Source of the DNA: Macrostomum lignano
Taxonomy: Eukaryota
NCBI GenBank assembly: GCA_002269645.1
Contig: NIVC01000102.1
Coordinates: forward strand, 910,951-974,950
Length of the DNA stretch: 64,000 nt
Direction of reading: 5' to 3'
Part shown: piece after piece, positions 58,601-64,000 of the stretch
Layout: every line of letters starts with the position of its first letter
Position numbering within the stretch: position 1 is the stretch's first letter
Notes under the pieces: model-generated
The model's input: only the letters and a program-made list of their open reading frames with translations
Told to the model about the DNA's origin: nothing
The model's database searches: none
Position numbers and translations under genes: made by a program

Positions 58601-61600
58601 CTCCGCTTTTGAATATCTGGAAAGCTGATTAGGCTAGAGATCCGATTCTTTCTGCAAAAGACACCGACTGGGGTGCTCTAATTATCTGTAGAGTCTCATA
58701 TCTGAATCTACAGATACAGCTTGGCAGTTGCTGATTGATTTTTTTGGCTTTCCCTATTAAAATACATTAGAATTTCTAGGAATCTCCGCTTTTGAATATC
58801 TGGAAAGCTGATTAGGCTAGAGATCCGATTCCTTCTGCAAAAGACACCGACTGGGGTGCTCTAATTATCTGTAGAGTCTCATATCTGAATCTACAGATAC
58901 AGCTTGGCAGTTGCTGATTGATTTTTTTGGCTTTCCCTATTAAAATACATTAGAATTTCTAGGAATCTCCGCTTTTGAATATCTGGAAAGCTGATTAGGC
59001 TAGAGATCCGATTCTTTCTGCAAAAGACACCGACTGGGGTGCTCTAATTATCTGTAGAGTCTCATATCTGAATCTACAGATACAGCTTGGCAGTTGCTGA
59101 TTGATTTTTTTGGCTTTCCCTATTAAAATACATTAGAATTTCTAGGAATCTCCGCTTTTGATCTATGACATCGACAATTAGAGCGCGCCATTGAATTTCT
59201 CGTAAAATTGTGATTGAATGCTAATGCAAATAAAGTAATTTTAATTCAGCTCATATTTAATTTAAATAACTTAATTTCAAAGCAAACGTTCTTCCTATTT
59301 GTCGTGTAATTTGCGGCCGCTTTGAGGCTTTGTCATTGGAGGATTCATCATGCGGCGGGGATGAGGTGGGAACAGTTAAGGGTGTGGGGAACGAATAAAA
59401 TTAATGAGCTATGTTAGACTGTGTTAGATTTCCGCGGGGGATCTAATCAGACCAATAAGTCGACATCACAGACCAATGAGTGTTCTGTAAATCTAAAAGA
59501 TTGCTTGCTTCTTCCCGTGGCCCCAAGTGTTACTTGCATACATTCGTATTGGTGCAGTGAAGTAAAGGTCTTACAAAGCTGTTTGCTCATAGAGTAGTGT
59601 CCTATGCCCTACTTATAGTAGGCACAAGACAACACGTTTAAACTTCGGAAGACTAATAATGCATTATAATGTACAACAAAATTCCAAGTCTGATTTTTAC
59701 ACGATGAAGAAGTCGATATTTCAACACCCTTGATTAAACCAGGACTCAAATTTCCCTATTTGCATCCCAGCTGCATAGCAACATATTTCCCTTGGATACC
59801 ATTGTTTCTATCACCTCAGCTGTTCCCATTAAGGATTATGATGTCCCAGATTGCACATTAAAGCGAACTGACTACATTTTAAGCAAAGAAACGTATTCGT
59901 TATGCCATAATCGGCAAAATGCAATCAATAGATTTATCCATGACAAAGATCAATATCCTTAGTCAAGCATTTGATTAACGAGTTCAAAATTTTAACAGCA
60001 GACAAGACGTTAAATTTCTATGCAACACTTTAAAATTTGCACTTTAAACAGCCAGTGCAGAAATAGTCGTATACAAGAAAAAATAATTTGTTACTATGCG
60101 GTTGGACTGCTAGGGTAACAAATTCACAAGGAGTCTGTTCGCCTGCAAGCCAAAATTAAATAAGGTTGGGGACTTTAGAGGTTTAATTTGGCCTAGACCG
60201 TTGTATTAAGAAGATACCTATTAGTAGGTAAAACATCATGAAATGAAATGACATAAAATGACCATTTATCTAAAAAGTACCGATTCCAAAGCTCTATAAG
60301 TCTTTGAAGGCGACTCAAGTTACGCTTTTATAAGCCATATAAAATTTATTTGCCTGAGAAAGGCTAATGCGCAGTTCATACTACTGAGTAGTATTCTGCA
60401 TACATGTGGGTCGCCAATTAGGCTAACAGTCGAGTGCTTGGCGACCCGGAGGTTAGCCGACCCATTTTAGTACGCGGCGCGACCAGGCGCATAACCTCTG
60501 ATCAAGCGACCCTTTGGCGACCATGTCAAATTATTGATATTTCACTTCCTTAACCCGAACTAACCTCAAACAGCCCGTTTTGAGTCATTTGGAGTACATT
60601 AGTAGCAGAAAAAAAAATTCGACCCGAAATACGACGGACAGCCGTCGCAACTCCGTCGCCGCGACCATTTTTTTCCCATCGGGCAATTCTTTTAGTTTAG
60701 GTTTTAGTTTATTTTAGGTTGCGATTTTCGTAAAGGAATGATATATAAATCGACGAGTTGCCACCCCCATCCACAACAATCGACAAGGAAGCAACGGTAG
60801 ACGAACTGGAGATCAAGCTCAAGGAAGCCAAGAATCGCCTGGACGAGTCTAGTCGTCTTCTAGAAGAAGAATCTCGACGATTAAAAGCCACGGAAGCAGA
60901 AGCGGACAGAGTGGAAGCGAAGGCTGACGCGGCGGAGGCCACCCTGGCTGAGCTGACCAGAACCCTGGCCGATGAGCAGGAGCAGGTCAAGGAGTTTGAG
61001 CAGCGTTGCTCAAAAGCTTCGGAGGCTGAGGATGAGCAGGACACAGCTGCTGCTCAGCTGAAGGTGAAGTTTGAGATTAGATAGGGCCAGTAATTTGGGG
61101 AGTTTTTAAAGAGAAAAAGGATGAGTAATCCTAGGAAAATTGGAGCCGCCAGTTTCTTAGAAAAAGAATTGGAGACAGATTCTTAGAAAAAGAGTCAAAG
61201 GCAACTTCTCAGAAACGAAGCGGTAGACTCCTAGAAAGTACTCAGAGGCGGATTCTTAGAAACGTAGCGGGGAGGCAGATTCTTAGAAACAAAACGGCAG
61301 ATTCTCAGAAAGGAATCGGAGGCGGATTCTTAGAAAACAACCGCAGAGGAAGATTCTAAAAAATTAGCGGAGAAGCAGATTCTTAGAAACGTATCAGAGA
61401 GGCAGATTCTTAGAAACGTATCAGAGAAACGAATTCTTAGAAACTAAGAAAGGCAGATTCTTAAAAATGAATCAGGGGAGGTTTTTAAAATCGGCATTTA
61501 AGCTGTTTAGAAACGGAGCGGGGAGGCAGGTTTCTCAGAAAATTTGGACAGTTTTTAGAAATACAGATTTGTCTCAGGCCTTCTGTGAAAGCAAGACGGA

Positions 61601-61852
61601 TTCTCAGAAAGTCAGTCAGATTCCTAGAAAAGCCAGATTCAAATCAAAGCAATTTTCCAAATTTCCAAACCTGCCTCTCAGACCCGCTTTGCGGAAGCCC
61701 TGGAGCGGGCGGAGGCAGCTGAGACGGAATTGGCCAGGCGAGATCGCGAGCTCGAACGCCTGCAAGAGGACTGCCGCAAGCAGGACGCGATGGCAGCTGA
61801 TATTGAGTCAGAGCTGCAGGCGGGGCTGCAGGTGCTGGAGGAGATTAAGTGA
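47172..61852 (+). CDS. Divergent tropomyosin-like coiled-coil protein, 245 aa; exons 47172-47267, 48210-48404, 60788-61063, 61682-61852
   Basis: All introns are phase-0 GT-AG. The protein has a tropomyosin-like N-terminus (MADLKNRVQAMRNE), middle (VDELEIKLKEAK...EESRRLKATEAEADRVE) and C-terminus (TRFAEALERAEAAE...LERLQED...IESEL). The length is near that of short 248-aa tropomyosins. Confidence 0.8.
47365..48150. repeat. Intronic minisatellite (CCGTCACCAACTCTCTCT[CT]n)
   Basis: Directly visible; it keeps ORF 47172..48443 open through intron 1. Confidence 0.95.
48405..49236. repeat. About 21/42-bp minisatellite (GGAGAGTAGGGCGATTCTCTA)n starting at the splice donor
   Basis: Directly visible; it begins at GTAAGCGATTCTCT and is cut by the CACTA-like insertion. 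Confidence 0.92.
50070..50960. repeat. 23-bp minisatellite (GGACACCTAATTTATCGCCCCAA)n inside the transposon
   Basis: Directly visible, with alternating variants. Confidence 0.93.
51582..54873 (-). CDS. Transposon-borne DUF4806-like protein; exons 54873-54667, 54083-53925, 53425-53225, about 52615-51998, 51790-51582
   Basis: The C-terminal signature reads VLRTQLARCRGDSVASTIRRMLLKCITPEMMAQLNYCGRG...F...LLK|RAV...SERDVEKHVISALKHAGD. The N-terminus RFVVIFSCDLEVVEVP is typical of such proteins. Phases match except at the exon 3 to 4 junction, where a micro-exon near 52675 may be needed. Confidence 0.7.
55100..55740. repeat. (CT)n-rich microsatellite region
   Basis: Directly visible. Confidence 0.93.
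56455..57140 (+). mobile_element. 5'-truncated, frameshifted non-LTR retrotransposon (RTE-like) RT C-terminal fragment
   Basis: It reads QQFVCLGG...EDLARRRGLAWVAFR.VRAVLQSEALPD.QRAALFKAVIETVLLYNTETWTLTDSLEQQV.AAHAGL...QEVLLLSLQAPYRRGQAR, a LINE post-RT motif set (LLY..ETW). Confidence 0.85.
58238..59162. repeat. Five near-identical tandem units of about 182 bp
   Basis: TATCTGGAAAGCTG recurs at 58251, 58432, 58614, 58797 and 58980. Confidence 0.95.
61130..61640. repeat. Degenerate intronic repeat (GGCAGATTCTTAGAAAC)n
   Basis: Directly visible in tropomyosin intron 3. Confidence 0.75.
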
Positions 61853-62059
61853 GCAGCTAAAAATAGCCATCTCAATTGTTCGAACATGAAAGTCACGTGA
61901 CCAAACTGCAGACTCCGGACTGATTTCGATTTCTAATTGAGACATCTTTAAAAATGCTGAGAGGAAGCACTGACTGACTCCATCAGCCTTGGGGAAATTT
62001 ATTGATGAATGAAGTTATATATGGATACATAAATACCTTTGAACCCAGATGTGTGGCAT

Positions 62060-62530
62060 GTCCACCACCTGAGAACCCAATTAAATAATGTCCCTCAACT
62101 GAGAACCCAATTAAATAATGTCCCTCACCTGAGAACCCAATTCAATAATGTCCCTAACCTGTAAACCCAATTCAATAATGTCCCTCACCTGTGAACCCAA
62201 TTCAATAATGTCTCTCACCTGTGAACCCAATTCAATAATGTCCCTCACCTGGGAACCCAATTCAATAATGTCCCTCACCTGTGAACCCAATTCAATAATG
62301 CCCACCACCTGAGAACCCAATTCAATAATGCCCACCACCTGAGAACCCAATTCAATAATGTCCCTTACCTGAGAACTCAATTCAATAATGTCCACCACCT
62401 GAGAACCCAATTCAATAATGCCCACCACCTGAGACCCAATTCAATAATGCCCACCACCTGAGAACCCAATTCAATAATGCCCACCACCTGAGAACCCAGT
62501 TCAATAATGTCCACCACCTGTAAACCCCAT
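62060..62530. repeat. 30-bp minisatellite (ACCTGAGAACCCAATTCAATAATGTCCCTC)n
   Basis: Directly visible. Confidence 0.93.
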
Positions 62531-63435
62531 GATGTCAATCACCTGCGAATCCAAGATGTCCACCATATGTGAACAATGTCCACCACTAGTAAACAACAAA
62601 AATGTCCACAAGGAACCAGAATGACATGCACTCTTACATCAAGTACCACCCCTAATAATGGTGCAAGCAGTTAAATTATTAATAATCCATTTGTCAGTCA
62701 TTGGCGATTCGCTACAAGGCAAAACACAGGTTCATCACTGCAACTAATCAGACAAATCGTTTACTCATGTAATTTCGTACACACGCAACCCTTCGTGAAT
62801 GTGCTGTGAATTCCGTTTTTTACTTGGAACTGTTTTCGACATTAACATAATATAATCAGTGACATTTATAATTAACATATAGTTGAATATTTCCTTATAC
62901 AATTTGTTCATAAATATTTGCTCAATAAATCATTTAATACAACCAAGAAATCAATGACATCAAAACTTATCACTAATTGGTTTTTATTTATGTACCTAAT
63001 AAATAATACTATTAGTAAAATATGCCTGTAAAAAATAAGCACTATTGTGTGTATATTTAATCCGAAAACAAATAGAAGGGAAAAACATGATTTATCAAAT
63101 AGGATCTTCATTGCAACAGATTAGGAAATCAGGTATTAGTATTAAAAAACAATTAATAAGATTTACCAAATAATTTTAGAATATGACTGAAACGATATTT
63201 TAATGTTAATATTTGATACACAGAACTAAAAAATTTAAGCAACGATCCGTCTAAGAGAAAGCTTCGCTTGCTACTATTCCGAGTGAGTTAGTAGCACAAT
63301 CGAAAATCTGCGCCTGAATTCTAAAAATAAATATTATCTTAGCAGCAGGCATCCAACGGACGGTCTGAAATACACGCGTAAAATAGAAACTAACCTTGAA
63401 GTAACCGCAAACTGAACGATTGAGACCCAGGCATT

Positions 63436-63629
63436 GGGCCGTATGCAGAAAGCTCTGTCTAGGGTAGTCCGGTCTTGAAAAGCTAGTCTTTAGACTAGGA
63501 TTTGGTATGCAGAAACACAAAGTTAGACCGGTCTACTATAGACAGAACTAGGTAGCTAGACCATAGACTATAGACTGAACTACCAAGTCCGGACTAGCTA
63601 GTCTGGACTAAGCTTTCTGCATACGGCCC
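63436..63629. mobile_element. 194-bp PIF/Harbinger (Tourist-like) MITE
   Basis: A perfect 19-bp TIR, GGGCCGTATGCAGAAAGCT / AGCTTTCTGCATACGGCCC, is flanked by a 3-bp ATT duplication (63433-35, 63630-32). Confidence 0.8.
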
Positions 63630-63639
63630 ATTGTATCTG

Positions 63640-63790
63640 AGTCTATTCTCAAATCACCTATTTACCAGAGTCTATTCTCAAATCTCACCTGAGATTGTAT
63701 CTGAGTCTATTCTCAAATCTTACCTGAGATTTATCTAGTCTATTCTCAAATCTCGACTGAGATTAATCTGAGTCTATATCTTAAATCTCA
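63640..63790. repeat. About 35-bp degenerate tandem repeat (GAGTCTATTCTCAAATCTCACCTGAGATTGTATCT)
   Basis: About four visible copies. Confidence 0.75.
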
Positions 63791-64000
63791 ACTGAGTTCT
63801 AATCCATCAACTACGTACAATAACAAAACTGTGGTGAGGTGTGGTGTATTATATGCTGAGGTGTTCGTGTGTGGCCAAGCAATCTAAAGTTTCTCTAGGC
63901 GGTCGCGTGTATTATAAGAGTTAAATACTCTATGGTACAAACATAGAGAAATGAAAATGAACAGTCAGTCTGGGATACCACATCCCTCCACCTTTAGTAA

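Larger units (their letters stand above)
49239..60683. mobile_element. 11,445-bp CACTA/EnSpm (CMC)-type DNA transposon, apparently non-autonomous, in tropomyosin intron 2
   Basis: The 31-bp TIRs are CCCGGTGGGAAAAAAATGGTCGCCGCGACGG and CCCGATGGGAAAAAAATGGTCGCGGCGACGG (reverse complement of the right end), with 2 mismatches. There is a CA duplication at 49237-38 and 60684-85, and subterminal CGACGG/GGCGACC motifs. CCC termini with a 2-bp TSD are the animal CACTA signature. Confidence 0.85.

Noticed and set aside
59560-60100. Possible transposase remnant near the right end of the CACTA-like element
   Set aside because: Only short open frames with no recognisable transposase motif; a tblastn search would be needed.

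Overview
Eukaryotic (animal) genomic DNA. It is intron-rich and packed with minisatellites. The LINE family, short introns and repeat load suggest a Macrostomum-like flatworm, but this is an inference. There are no rRNA, tRNA or CRISPR features. All gene models were spliced by hand using GT-AG sites and phase matching. On the minus strand they are an orphan coiled-coil gene (1265-3201), a CARD-like gene interrupted by a Tc1 insertion (6021-7910), a Tubby/TULP gene (9548 to about 23400), a Mab-21/cGAS-like nucleotidyltransferase (cGLR) with a C-terminal transmembrane exon (36282-39208), an ankyrin-repeat ORF 46 bp upstream of it (39254-40204), and a Tctex1-domain dynein light chain (40958-41593). 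On the plus strand they are CAPS2 (26913-33588, 9 exons), a CXorf58-like gene (42945-44520) and a divergent tropomyosin (47172-61852). Intron 2 of the tropomyosin holds an 11.4-kb element with CCC-terminated inverted repeats and a 2-bp TSD (CACTA/EnSpm-type), which carries a spliced DUF4806-like gene and no visible transposase. The top candidate for a new system is the ankyrin / cGLR-transmembrane unit: a membrane-anchored cGAS-like enzyme that is either fused to, or co-transcribed with, an ankyrin array. Other highlights are a possible alternative Gln-rich terminal exon of Tubby, and several small transposons with intact ends.
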